Assembly (NCBI GenBank): GCA_021790235.1
Contig: JAJYID010000003.1
Span: 20,038 to 84,037 of the forward strand
DNA from: a bacterium
Lineage (GTDB): Bacteria; Patescibacteriota; CPR2; UBA1875; JAJYID01
Direction: 5' to 3'
DNA length: 64,000 nt
Shown: one piece after another, positions 43,902-52,932 of the stretch
Layout of the letters: each line of letters opens with the position of its first letter
How positions within the stretch are numbered: position 1 is the stretch's first letter
Program-made: the position numbers and the translations under genes
Notes under the pieces: model-generated
The model's input: only the letters and a program-made list of their open reading frames with translations
What the model was told of the DNA's origin: nothing
Database searches by the model: none

Positions 43902-44562
43902 TCTTGTAGCCGAAACCGCGGATGGTCTTTACAAGGGACGGACCCTTGTAAGGCTTGTCAACTTTGTTTCGAAGATAGCCGACATAAACTTCAACCGTAT
44001 TAGGCAGAATGTCGGCGTCAAAGTCCCAGACGTGCTCGATGATCTGGTCCTTGGTCAAAATGCGCTCGGGATTTCGCATTAAATATTCAAGAAGAGAATA
44101 CTCTTTCGGCGTGAGCATAATGTCGCGGCTGTCCCGGGTGACCCGCTTGGTGATGGTGTCAAGCGTCAGGTCGCCGACAACCAAAATAGTACCGGTTTGT
44201 TCCTGAGGCCGGCGCAGCAGCGCTTTTACTCTAGCCAGCAATTCGTCAAAGGCGAATGGTTTGATTAAATAATCATCGGCACCGGAGTTTAACCCTTCGA
44301 CTCGATCGGAAATCTTGTCTTTAGCGGTCAGCATGAGGACCGGCGTCTCCTTGCCTTCTTTGCGCATCGCATGACAGATTTCGAGACCGTCCATCCCCGG
44401 CAGCATCCGGTCGAGGATTATTAAATCATAAGGAAGAGCGAGGGCCGAGTCCTGTCCATCACGGCCGTCGTACTCCACATCCACGGCATATGACTCTTGC
44501 TCGAGGCCTCTTTTGATCGCGTTTGCAATCTTCTCGTCATCTTCAACAATAAGTATTCTCAT
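43879..44562 (-). CDS. OmpR/PhoB-family response regulator
   Basis: MRILIVEDD..DLIILDRMLPGMDG..LTAK receiver domain, and a winged-helix ..LTPKEYSLLEYL..IRGFGY. Confidence 0.95.
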   Translation of the reverse strand: MRILIVEDDEKIANAIKRGLEQESYAVDVEYDGRDGQDSALALPYDLIILDRMLPGMDGLEICHAMRKEGKETPVLMLTAKDKISDRVEGLNSGADDYLIKPFAFDELLARVKALLRRPQEQTGTILVVGDLTLDTITKRVTRDSRDIMLTPKEYSLLEYLMRNPERILTKDQIIEHVWDFDADILPNTVEVYVGYLRNKVDKPYKGPSLVKTIRGFGYKIGGDSGV

Positions 44563-44720
44563 AGTTTAATTTTCCTCCAGTTGAGCCTTTTATTCAACCA
44601 CTACCGGTTGTGTCAGCTGTAAGTTCAACTTGACATAATCCTCAGATGTGAAATCAGGCGCTAACAATCATGACAATACCGGCAAACATTCGGTAAAGGC
44701 GCAATAGAGGTAAAGCTTGA

Positions 44721-45299
44721 TTATAATGAGTTCGTGTTTGTGGTTTGGGTTCGATCAATGACGCGAGTCGCTTGGATAACGCCTTTGGAATCTTGCTCAC
44801 CGGAAACAATTACCTGGTCACCCACTTTCACTTGAGTGCCGGAATTTACCGGAAAACGGGTAGTGTCTGTAATCTGAACCGTTTTGGTTGTGCCGCTAGC
44901 ATCAATTGTAAATTGCTGGCCGTTTACGGCCGTCACTTTACCGCCTACGGCATTACCAATCACAAAGCCGTTTGAGTTTAATCCTCCGCGAAATCTATGT
45001 CCTCTTCCCATCATACCACCGCGAAATCCTCCTCTCATCATGCCATATCCGCCTCGGCCGTAAAACCCACGCTTGCTGAAAGGCCTGCCATTCTTAAAGT
45101 GAACTGCTGCAAAAGCACCAACAATCACGATAAAGACTGCCACCGCGATAAGCGCAACGATTAAGCCTTTCCTACTGCTTGATTTGTCTTGGCCTTGTGA
45201 TTGTTCTCCGGTTCCCGGCTTGGGAATATCTTTAATTGCTTCTTTTGAATTATCTTGTCCTGCCATAATAAAACTTTCATTTTTTCGAATGAACCGCAT
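44721..45299 (-). CDS. hypothetical anchored protein with a Gly/Arg/Met-rich segment and a DUF5666-like beta domain
   Basis: One TM helix, then GRGGYGMMRGGFRGGMMGRGHRFRGG, then GKVTAVNGQQFTID..VKVGDQVIVSG.. The start is uncertain (ATG 45299 or 45266). Confidence 0.6.
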   Translation of the reverse strand: MRFIRKNESFIMAGQDNSKEAIKDIPKPGTGEQSQGQDKSSSRKGLIVALIAVAVFIVIVGAFAAVHFKNGRPFSKRGFYGRGGYGMMRGGFRGGMMGRGHRFRGGLNSNGFVIGNAVGGKVTAVNGQQFTIDASGTTKTVQITDTTRFPVNSGTQVKVGDQVIVSGEQDSKGVIQATRVIDRTQTTNTNSL

Positions 45300-45373
45300 C
45301 TGGATGACTCTTCGAATTAATTAATATTTTGCAGCAAAAGAATATAAAATCAGACTGAGAATCGGCTTAGAAT

Positions 45374-45439
45374 AAAAAAACAGCAACGCTTCTTTGCGTT
45401 GCTGTGTGGTGGGTTGTCCTTTGCGAACAACCCACCACA
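45374..45439 (-). terminator. tandem hairpins after the DapB-like gene: a 13-bp GC-rich stem, then a 9-bp stem plus U7
   Basis: TGTGGTGGGTTGT-9nt-ACAACCCACCACA (45405-45439). CAGCAACGC-6nt-GCGTTGCTG (45381-45404) is followed on the minus strand by TTTTTTT (45374-45380). Confidence 0.7.
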
Positions 45440-45448
45440 TTTTGAGAT

Positions 45449-46264
45449 CTACCGATACTCATCTAAGACAAGCCTTGTATTACTCGCCATGTAGATCAGT
45501 TTTGGCAGTACCAAATCACGCACACCAACAGCATATGGTATGCGGCCGTTTACCCTTATATCCCAACTGAGAGATTGGTCTTCACCGGATAAGGTCACTC
45601 TGTGATAACCATGACCGGTCAGAAACTCTGCCGGTACTCCCCACTCCTCCATCTGTACTTTCGGATCACGGATGGATTCTATTTCGTCGACCTCTGCACC
45701 GGCAAATTCTAATGCCTCTTTCATTTTAATCGCCGTTGCCGGGACGGATTTTTTACTCGCCTGATGGCTTTCTGCCACATGCGCTTTACACCCACGAAAA
45801 GCATACGGATTTACTTCACCAATACCTTTCAGGTTGTTAATAAAGCTAATGACAGGTATTGCGGCATTCATACACCGCAAGAGATGAAAACGGCGGCCAC
45901 GATTTACCTTGACAAGGTGTTCCAAACCATTCTCAACCTCTTTTGTTTTGTAACCGACTGTACCAAGTTGAAGAGTTGGAATACCATTGGCTGCGAAAAT
46001 GTAAGCGCTATCGAGTTGGGACAGATTTGACGCATCCACGACAACAAAGCCTCCTTCTGCAACGCCTCGCGGATCTTTTTCGAAGTCATCTGCCGTGATG
46101 ATTTGAAACCGGCGGCCAAGAAGATCATGTACCCTGGTTTCTCGTCCAATTGAATAAGGTATCACATTGTAACGTTTGTCCTCTTGGATAACCTTGGCTA
46201 CTACCGGCCCCAGTTTACCGGTGATCCCGCTGACCATTACGTCGGTTGATTCTGCACTAATCAA
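45449..46264 (-). CDS. DapB (4-hydroxy-tetrahydrodipicolinate reductase)-like oxidoreductase, divergent
   Basis: Collinear with E. coli DapB from memory: VSGITGKLG (GxxGxxG-like), VVVDASN..LGTVGY, ESHQASKKSVPATAIKMKE versus [20 protein letters not shown], and RIPYAVGV versus RMTFANGA. TTG start at 46264 is uncertain. Confidence 0.55.
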   Translation of the reverse strand: MISAESTDVMVSGITGKLGPVVAKVIQEDKRYNVIPYSIGRETRVHDLLGRRFQIITADDFEKDPRGVAEGGFVVVDASNLSQLDSAYIFAANGIPTLQLGTVGYKTKEVENGLEHLVKVNRGRRFHLLRCMNAAIPVISFINNLKGIGEVNPYAFRGCKAHVAESHQASKKSVPATAIKMKEALEFAGAEVDEIESIRDPKVQMEEWGVPAEFLTGHGYHRVTLSGEDQSLSWDIRVNGRIPYAVGVRDLVLPKLIYMASNTRLVLDEYR

Positions 46265-46296
46265 TCAAACCACATCCTTTCAAATCCCTTTTGGTA

Positions 46297-46324
46297 ATTA
46301 TAACCAATTACGCTTTCCGGACAA
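46297..46324 (-). promoter_or_regulatory. sigma70-like promoter for the DapB-like gene (TTGTCC-16nt-TATAAT)
   Basis: Read directly on the minus strand: -10 at 46302-46297, -35 at 46324-46319. Confidence 0.45.
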
Positions 46325-46636
46325 CTTGTCCATCAAATGAGTTAGTCTTGATAAAGAATAGGTTTCCAGGATTGCCCGAAAATGTCCTTGACTAAGGTGC
46401 CAAAGCAATTCAAGGTTATAGCACTTTAACCTGTTATACCGTGTTTAACTCTTCTGAGTTCCGGAATAGCCTTGAGACATTCAAGAAAGACACATTACCG
46501 GAACTTTACTCTTCAACTCTTCCAGATGCGACTAGACCTCCCATTGCTTTGACTGACAATGGTATGACGAGATCAAAACTATCCAAGATTTCTGCAACTT
46601 TTCCTCAGAGAAATACTTCCGCAGTTTTCTCGCCCA

Positions 46637-46921
46637 TCATTCCTCGCTTTCATTTGGAGTTTGTTCATCATCAGCCATTTGCTGGTCCAGATCATGTAAA
46701 AATTCGTTGTCCTCATCTGTCATACCCGATATGTCATCCGGATCCCATACATTTATCTCATGAAGTTCTTGACCTAACTCCATTAATGACTGAACCATAG
46801 AAGAAAGATGTTCTAAAATACTTTCTAAATAATCTTTGGCAATTCTCAGTAAGAAATAGATGATGATACCTAAAAAAACTATAGCTATAACTATAGCTAA
46901 CACTATTACCTCCCAAAACAT
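46637..46921 (-). CDS. hypothetical N-terminally anchored acidic protein (94 aa)
   Basis: GAGGAG lies 6 nt before the ATG. One TM helix, then a D/E-rich tail. Confidence 0.6.
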   Translation of the reverse strand: MFWEVIVLAIVIAIVFLGIIIYFLLRIAKDYLESILEHLSSMVQSLMELGQELHEINVWDPDDISGMTDEDNEFLHDLDQQMADDEQTPNESEE

Positions 46922-47087
46922 TGGGGACTCCTCTCAAGCTACTCGTTTAATAAAAGTGACCGGCTGTATCCTCCGGTTTCAAACGCTAAAGTTATTATAC
47001 CATAAAACTAGTTAAAGTTCAAAATAAGCGTATTGTACAACAACAAATTGAACACTTCTTAAGCTGAAATTAAGAAGGGGGCAAAAT

Positions 47088-47306
47088 ATGAGTATTAATC
47101 AGGAAATAAACTATAAGTTAAGGCCGCCAAAAGGTAAAGAGAAGGATATGCCTTTACCTAAGGATGGTTTCTATGGTTTTAGCTCTGAGTGTGGTAATGA
47201 TCATTCTCGTTTTTGGCACGAGGATTCTCACCTAAACACCTTAGGGATTGCTAAAAAGAATATAAAGCCGGCGTTCAACTCGCCGGCTTTTACTTTGATT
47301 TCTTAA
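47088..47306 (+). CDS. hypothetical small protein (72 aa)
   Basis: AAGGGGG lies 6 nt before the ATG. The 3' end runs through the terminator hairpin, so coding status is uncertain. Confidence 0.35.
   Translation: MSINQEINYKLRPPKGKEKDMPLPKDGFYGFSSECGNDHSRFWHEDSHLNTLGIAKKNIKPAFNSPAFTLIS
47264..47290. terminator. bidirectional terminator hairpin (AAAGCCGGCG-7nt-CGCCGGCTTT)
   Basis: 10-bp stem. T-rich sequence follows on the minus strand (xth side), with TACTTTG on the plus strand. Confidence 0.6.
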
Positions 47307-47342
47307 ATTTAAATTCCATGCTTTGTATACTTGGAGTTTTAA

Positions 47343-48107
47343 TTATAAATATATTTTCAGCTCTATTGGACAATGGTCTGAACCATAAACTTGGCTTAAT
47401 ATTTTAGAATCTTTAACTCTATCTTTAATTGCATCTGACACAATAAAATAATCGATTCGCCAACCAATGTTCCGTTCGCGAACCGTAGGCCTGTTTGACC
47501 ACCATGTATAGTACCCATTGTTTCCCTCAAAAACTCGGAAGGTATCAGTAAATCCAGATTTCAAAAACTCATCAAACCACTGTCTTTCCTGAATAGTAAA
47601 ACCGGCGTTTTTCTCGTTTGATTTCGGATTGGCAAGATCTCTTGGCTCATGGGCTACATTGAAGTCTCCGCCAATTATCACCGGTTTTCTTTTGTCTAAC
47701 GCTTTAACCTGCTTTAGAAATACTTTATTAAACCTCATTTTAAAATCCAAACGAGCCAACTCTCTTCTGGAATGCGGGAAATAAGTGTTTAAGATATAAA
47801 ACTCAGGAAACTCTAACACCATAACTCTGGCTTCAAGGTCAAAAATGCCGACTTCAAGCCCTTTTATAATATCTAACGGCTCAGTTTTTGAATAGACTAT
47901 AAGTCCGGCATAACCTTTTTTCTCCGGCAGAAAGTGGTACATATGATAACCCTTAGGCTTCGGCAGTAAATCTAGGTCGTTTTCTGAAATTTTCACTTCC
48001 TGGAACAAATAAATATCGGCATTTTCCTTTCTAATAAAATCAAAAAGACCACTCTTTGTCGCCGATCGGACACCATTTACATTCCAGCTAACAATCTTCA
48101 TAGTCAC
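47343..48107 (-). CDS. xth: exodeoxyribonuclease III (AP endonuclease)
   Basis: KIVSWNVNG, LFQEVK, GGDFNVAH, SDHCP. Confidence 0.94.
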   Translation of the reverse strand: MTMKIVSWNVNGVRSATKSGLFDFIRKENADIYLFQEVKISENDLDLLPKPKGYHMYHFLPEKKGYAGLIVYSKTEPLDIIKGLEVGIFDLEARVMVLEFPEFYILNTYFPHSRRELARLDFKMRFNKVFLKQVKALDKRKPVIIGGDFNVAHEPRDLANPKSNEKNAGFTIQERQWFDEFLKSGFTDTFRVFEGNNGYYTWWSNRPTVRERNIGWRIDYFIVSDAIKDRVKDSKILSQVYGSDHCPIELKIYL

Positions 48108-48349
48108 ACCTCTTTTTATTATTTTTATGACCTACCTATGTTAGAGCTACAAGCAAACAGGTTAACGATTATATTTTAATGAATAGTTTCCGCCGACCGA
48201 CAGACAGACGAGATAGCAATAAAGGTTAACCAAACACGTTCATATACATCTAATAAAATCCTATGATTTAAAAATGCTTAACCGACTCAAGATAAGCATA
48301 AAAAAATGATAAACAATTATTCTAAATATTCCTTTTTTACTTAGTTAAC

Positions 48350-48667
48350 CTAATTTTCATTTTGATATCTTGGAGAATAGGTCTGCCCCGGAAGCATTAG
48401 GCAGAAATCCATACCTTCTTCTTCTTCAACAACATTAAAAAAGGGGCAATCCAGACAACTGATCTCCTTTTGCGCATAAGTTCCCTGAATTTTGCCGCCA
48501 CAGAAAGTACCTGTCACAGCCCAACAAATCCTTCCGCGATTTGTCCCGCCATTAGTACCATCGCCTTCGCCTGTTTGCGCCGCCGGACAAATACCCAAAT
48601 TACCAACTTCTTTTCCTCCTGGTTCACGTCCACATTTTTTAAATTCCCAACAGTTTTCTTTCTTCAT
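48350..48667 (-). CDS. two-CW domain cysteine-rich protein (stand-alone, 105 aa)
   Basis: NCWEFKKCGREPGG..GICPA..GRICWAVTGTFCGGKIQGT..SCLDCPFF. The two C-W motifs and cysteine spacing are recognised from memory as the two-CW domain. Confidence 0.6.
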   Translation of the reverse strand: MKKENCWEFKKCGREPGGKEVGNLGICPAAQTGEGDGTNGGTNRGRICWAVTGTFCGGKIQGTYAQKEISCLDCPFFNVVEEEEGMDFCLMLPGQTYSPRYQNEN

Positions 48668-48733
48668 CCCGACGCCTTAGTTTATATACCTAACTAATTG
48701 TACAATTCCCAATGTAAAAGTAAAATACTTTTT

Positions 48734-49909
48734 TTAACTGCTGGACCCCAGAGTCACGACAACGGTCTTTTGATTGCCATCCCTTAGGATAGTGAGAGTC
48801 ACTTTGTCACCAGGCGAATATTTCTGTAGGATTGAGGTAATGCTATTATTTTCATCAATAGAATCATTATTAATTTTTAAAATTATATCAGCTTCTTTAA
48901 TCCCGGCTTTGTCAGCGGCGGAACCAGGAACAACACCAGGGTTGTCTCCGCCGTACACAAGCGCTCCTTTATCAGATTTTAAGTTATCGCTTGCTGCCAA
49001 ATCTTTAGTAATAGGAATATAGCGAACACCTAGAACCGGCCTCACAATCTTTCCAGAGGATTCCACCGAAGAAACTTGTTTTTTGATCATGTTAATAGGG
49101 ATAGCAAACCCTATCGACTGACCCTGCTGGTCCATAGCTGTATTAATCCCGATCACTTGTCCACCAATATTTAGCAGCGGTCCGCCTGAGTTTCCGGGGT
49201 TAATCGCCGCATCAGTCTGAATGACATTGTCCAGCGACTCTTGGCTGCTGCCACTCTGGTCTCCGGCTGTAATCACACGACCGATACCGCTTACTACACC
49301 CGTGGTGACTGTATTTTGGTATTGGCCTAAGGCGTTTCCTATTGCAACCACAGTTTGTCCAACCTCAAGCTTATCCGAATCACCAAGCTCCGCCACCGGA
49401 AGATTCGACGCGTTAATTTTTACAAAAGCAAGATCATTTAAAGAATCACGCGCTTTGACTTCTGCAGAATATTTTTTACCATCGCTGGTAAAAACAGTAT
49501 ATTTGGCGTTTGTGTCCGAAACGACATGTTTATTCGTAACAATCAAACCATCTGAGTCGACTATAAAACCCGTACCGGCACTATTTGTCTTTAGAATAGA
49601 CCCAAAAAGTCCCTGGGATGATCCTTCACTTGTGATCGAAACTACTGACGGGCTAACCTTCTTTACTACGTCGATGACTGCCGACTGCTCCTGAACGTTA
49701 TATGTTTTACTGCCTATCGGTGTACCAGAGATTGGGTTACGTAAATTCCCATTTGCAATACTATAACCTAGAAAACCACCCAAAATACCCATAATAAATG
49801 AAGCAGTAATCAACAGAATTGTCTTTTTCTTCCAGTCTAAACCAGATGTTTTCCCCGGTAAATTATTACCTTTATTATAAGTTTCTTCCATTTTCCTCCT
49901 AACTGCCAA
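48734..49909 (-). CDS. htrA: HtrA/DegP-family serine protease with one PDZ domain
   Basis: Catalytic TNKHVV (His), DLAFVKI (Asp), GNSGGPL (Ser). N-terminal anchor and C-terminal PDZ. Confidence 0.93.
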   Translation of the reverse strand: MAVRRKMEETYNKGNNLPGKTSGLDWKKKTILLITASFIMGILGGFLGYSIANGNLRNPISGTPIGSKTYNVQEQSAVIDVVKKVSPSVVSITSEGSSQGLFGSILKTNSAGTGFIVDSDGLIVTNKHVVSDTNAKYTVFTSDGKKYSAEVKARDSLNDLAFVKINASNLPVAELGDSDKLEVGQTVVAIGNALGQYQNTVTTGVVSGIGRVITAGDQSGSSQESLDNVIQTDAAINPGNSGGPLLNIGGQVIGINTAMDQQGQSIGFAIPINMIKKQVSSVESSGKIVRPVLGVRYIPITKDLAASDNLKSDKGALVYGGDNPGVVPGSAADKAGIKEADIILKINNDSIDENNSITSILQKYSPGDKVTLTILRDGNQKTVVVTLGSSS

Positions 49910-50726
49910 ACCATCTTATTGTTACAAATAGCGTAAAAAAGATAACTGAGGATACGCTTAAATATTCAATGATAACTCTTGATGTAAATCTTTCCTCGAG
50001 TTTATGGATCATAAGACCATACACTAAATAATATATTACTATTGTAAAGAGTGGCAAGGTCACAATCGACAAACTTGTAGTGTTCTCAACTTTATAAATG
50101 CTTGGATATCTTTCCAGATAAAAACTGGCAGCTAGAGAGATTTCAGTTATCAGAAAGGCTAAAACCGTGGAATAAGCTTTTGTCCATTTTTTTGTAATCC
50201 TGTTTTTTGCGAAATTATAGAACGAAAGCAGGTAAATAAAAGCAAATATGGATAAACCGCCTGTCAAAACTGCAAAATCTCCAAAGTACTTTTGGAGGAT
50301 AATTTCCAGATTTACCAATATATTCGTCCCTAGAAATACTGCGAGTAAGACCGAAAGATTCAGGGCATTTTTTTGGATTTGATTCATTGAACCCTTCTTG
50401 AACATACCCGCAAGATATCTAAGACCCAAGAAATAGGCCAGAAAAACAAGGGCAAGAATGAAATGATTGCCGAAGACTGCAATATTTGCATTCATAAAAG
50501 CCGTTATAAACAATATAAAAAGGATGTCATCTCTCTTTTTATACTCAAGGAATTTTTTCAGCTCTATCCCAAAAAACATGAGCATATATAGAAAAACTGT
50601 TATAAATGAAAGTATGAAAAGCAGCCAGAAATAGAGTTTATTTGCGAGGACTAATGTTAAAAGCATGCTTTCTATATAAAGTAGTCCTAGAATAACATCT
50701 GATCTGTATTTTTCTGCGAAAGCCAT
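49899..50726 (-). CDS. hypothetical polytopic membrane protein (275 aa, about 8 TM)
   Basis: Hydrophobicity pattern only. Overlaps both neighbours (operon). Confidence 0.6.
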   Translation of the reverse strand: MAFAEKYRSDVILGLLYIESMLLTLVLANKLYFWLLFILSFITVFLYMLMFFGIELKKFLEYKKRDDILFILFITAFMNANIAVFGNHFILALVFLAYFLGLRYLAGMFKKGSMNQIQKNALNLSVLLAVFLGTNILVNLEIILQKYFGDFAVLTGGLSIFAFIYLLSFYNFAKNRITKKWTKAYSTVLAFLITEISLAASFYLERYPSIYKVENTTSLSIVTLPLFTIVIYYLVYGLMIHKLEERFTSRVIIEYLSVSSVIFFTLFVTIRWFGS

Positions 50727-52093
50727 CAGTTAGTACTTAGCTGATCTTTCCCGACCACTATTGTAATATCATATAAACCGGTTGGATCAGGAGCCTGAGT
50801 TGATTTGATACAGAACTTTTTTTCCAGAAAATCGATAGTTTTCGGTTTGGCGCCATTTGTATGATCAATAATCTCAGTAGCCGAGTTCAATTCGTCTGCA
50901 TTCGACAAATCATTGATTTGCATACCCATACCTGAAATAGAATCACCTGTTTTTTTAGCCTCTCCGGAAACTCCTGTAGCATTTAAAATTTGTATCTTCG
51001 CAGCTTCATCATTAAGTCCGGAATCAGTAAAGATATTCTTTGCTATATTTTGGATCTCATCATAGTTGCCTGTTTTAGGAAGCAGAATGTATGTGCCATT
51101 ATTTGCCGAGACAAGCGGGCCGTTTGTGCTATTATCTAAAACTTTATTTATAATTTTTGTCTTATCGGTCTTCTGGAACATATCGAAGAGACGCTTTGCT
51201 TCCCAGATTTGCATGTTAGTTTTTATATGATCTCCTAAAACATTTAAAATATCATTCATCTTCACCGGGTTCAAAAGTGTACTCGTGCTCGTCAGTTTGT
51301 CTCTGACTGCCATTAAAATTTGCTGCTGTCTTTTGGCGCGATCAAAGTCAGATGTCGTTTCCCTGCTTCTGGCATATTTCAGAGCCTCAGCGCCACTCAT
51401 GTGATGCATACCTTTTGTAATATAATAAGTACCGTCTGGATAATATGGATCGTACAAATCATTTTCTACGTTTACATCAACTCCGCCAATATCATCAATA
51501 ATCTTTGCAAAACCGGAAAAATCAACTCTGACAGTATAATGAATAGGCAAATTCAAAACATTTTGTACCGTTTGAGTTGATAGATTAATCCCATTACCTG
51601 GTTTGTCCTCTTCACCATAAGCATCAGCCGCATTAATTTTAGCTTTTCCATGACCGGGGATACTTACATACAAGTCCCTCGGTACAGACAGAAATGCTAC
51701 CTGATTTGTAGAAGGTTTGATACTTGCCACCATGATGGTATCTGTCAGGTTTGGACCATCGTGGCCCGCTCCGCCTATACCAAGCAGCAAGACATTAATC
51801 CTATCCTGAGCTTCACCTTTTAACTGTCCGCTTCCAAAAAGTCCGAGAAGGCCGGGGGCACCATTACCCTGAAACATTTTCTGAGCGAGAACATAAGCTT
51901 TATAACCGAGGAAAATTCCGCCAACAAGAAAAAGTGCGACAACTGTAAGAATAATCCTCCTCTTCCAATGTTTTTTCTTTTTCTTTTTAAATTTTACAGG
52001 TGTTTTTGTACTTTCGTTCTGACTTTTCACTATTTCTCCAGAATCATCATCTTCGATATCGCTTAATATATCTTCTATCGATTTTTTGCTCAT
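50726..52093 (-). CDS. LytR-CpsA-Psr (LCP) family cell-envelope phosphotransferase with a LytR_C domain
   Basis: Anchor, then RINVLLLGIGG..DTIMVASI..SVPRDLYV..YARSRETTSDFDRAKRQQ. Confidence 0.88.
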   Translation of the reverse strand: MSKKSIEDILSDIEDDDSGEIVKSQNESTKTPVKFKKKKKKHWKRRIILTVVALFLVGGIFLGYKAYVLAQKMFQGNGAPGLLGLFGSGQLKGEAQDRINVLLLGIGGAGHDGPNLTDTIMVASIKPSTNQVAFLSVPRDLYVSIPGHGKAKINAADAYGEEDKPGNGINLSTQTVQNVLNLPIHYTVRVDFSGFAKIIDDIGGVDVNVENDLYDPYYPDGTYYITKGMHHMSGAEALKYARSRETTSDFDRAKRQQQILMAVRDKLTSTSTLLNPVKMNDILNVLGDHIKTNMQIWEAKRLFDMFQKTDKTKIINKVLDNSTNGPLVSANNGTYILLPKTGNYDEIQNIAKNIFTDSGLNDEAAKIQILNATGVSGEAKKTGDSISGMGMQINDLSNADELNSATEIIDHTNGAKPKTIDFLEKKFCIKSTQAPDPTGLYDITIVVGKDQLSTN

Positions 52094-52215
52094 TTTCCCT
52101 CGGTTAATTTGCTAAATTTCCAGCATAAGAAAAAGTATACAAAAAAATACATTGCCCGTAAAGTAGTTTCTTGATAAACTTATTTATAGTTTTTTTAAAA
52201 TGAGAAAAAATCCCT

Positions 52216-52845
52216 ATGGCAGAAAAAAAAATAAGAGAAAATACACTTTTCACAAAAGAAATGATCAAAACCGTTATTATTTTTTTGGCAGTTCTCATAA
52301 TCTTAAAGTTTTTAATTTTAGAACCTTTTTTAGTCTTAGGGACATCAATGGAGCCTAACTTCCAAAATCAAAACTACATCTTTGTAGAAGGACTGACATA
52401 TCTATATTCATCTCCTCAGAGAGGCGACGTAGTGGTTTTCAAACACCCCGAAAAACAATGCAATGATTTCCTAAATGCAAGCTACATAAACCGTTTTTTG
52501 CCTTTTAGCCCCTGTACAAACTTTATTAAAAGGATTATTGGGCTTCCCGGTGAAACGGTAATTATTAAAAACGGGACTGTCACTATCAAGAACAAAGAGC
52601 ATCCGAATGGATTTACATTAAACGAGCCCTATATTCCAGACACCGCAAACTTCAAACTCCAAGGAGACGAAACAACTACACTAGGTAAAGACGAATATTT
52701 TACTTTAGGTGATAACAGAGAACCAAATGCCAGTTTGGATTCGCGCGAATGGGGTCCTCTGCCGAGAGATCATATCATCGGCAAGGCTTGGCTCCGCGTT
52801 CTGCCTTTAAGCGAAATAGGGCTCATCCCTGAACCGAAATATTAA
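52216..52845 (+). CDS. lepB: signal peptidase I
   Basis: GTSMEPN (Ser box), RGDVVVF, KRIIGLPGE (Lys box), GDNREPNASLDSR. Confidence 0.93.
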   Translation: MAEKKIRENTLFTKEMIKTVIIFLAVLIILKFLILEPFLVLGTSMEPNFQNQNYIFVEGLTYLYSSPQRGDVVVFKHPEKQCNDFLNASYINRFLPFSPCTNFIKRIIGLPGETVIIKNGTVTIKNKEHPNGFTLNEPYIPDTANFKLQGDETTTLGKDEYFTLGDNREPNASLDSREWGPLPRDHIIGKAWLRVLPLSEIGLIPEPKY

Positions 52846-52932
52846 GATACATTATTTAATTCTCTGAAGATTTTAAAAAATTCTAAAGTATTTTTTCCAA
52901 ACCAGTCGAGCTTGTTTTTAAGAGTTGGCTTG

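Noticed and set aside
46441-46800. 119-aa plus-strand ORF
   Set aside because: GTG-started with no SD, proline/serine-rich, and overlapping the better-supported minus-strand 94-aa gene.
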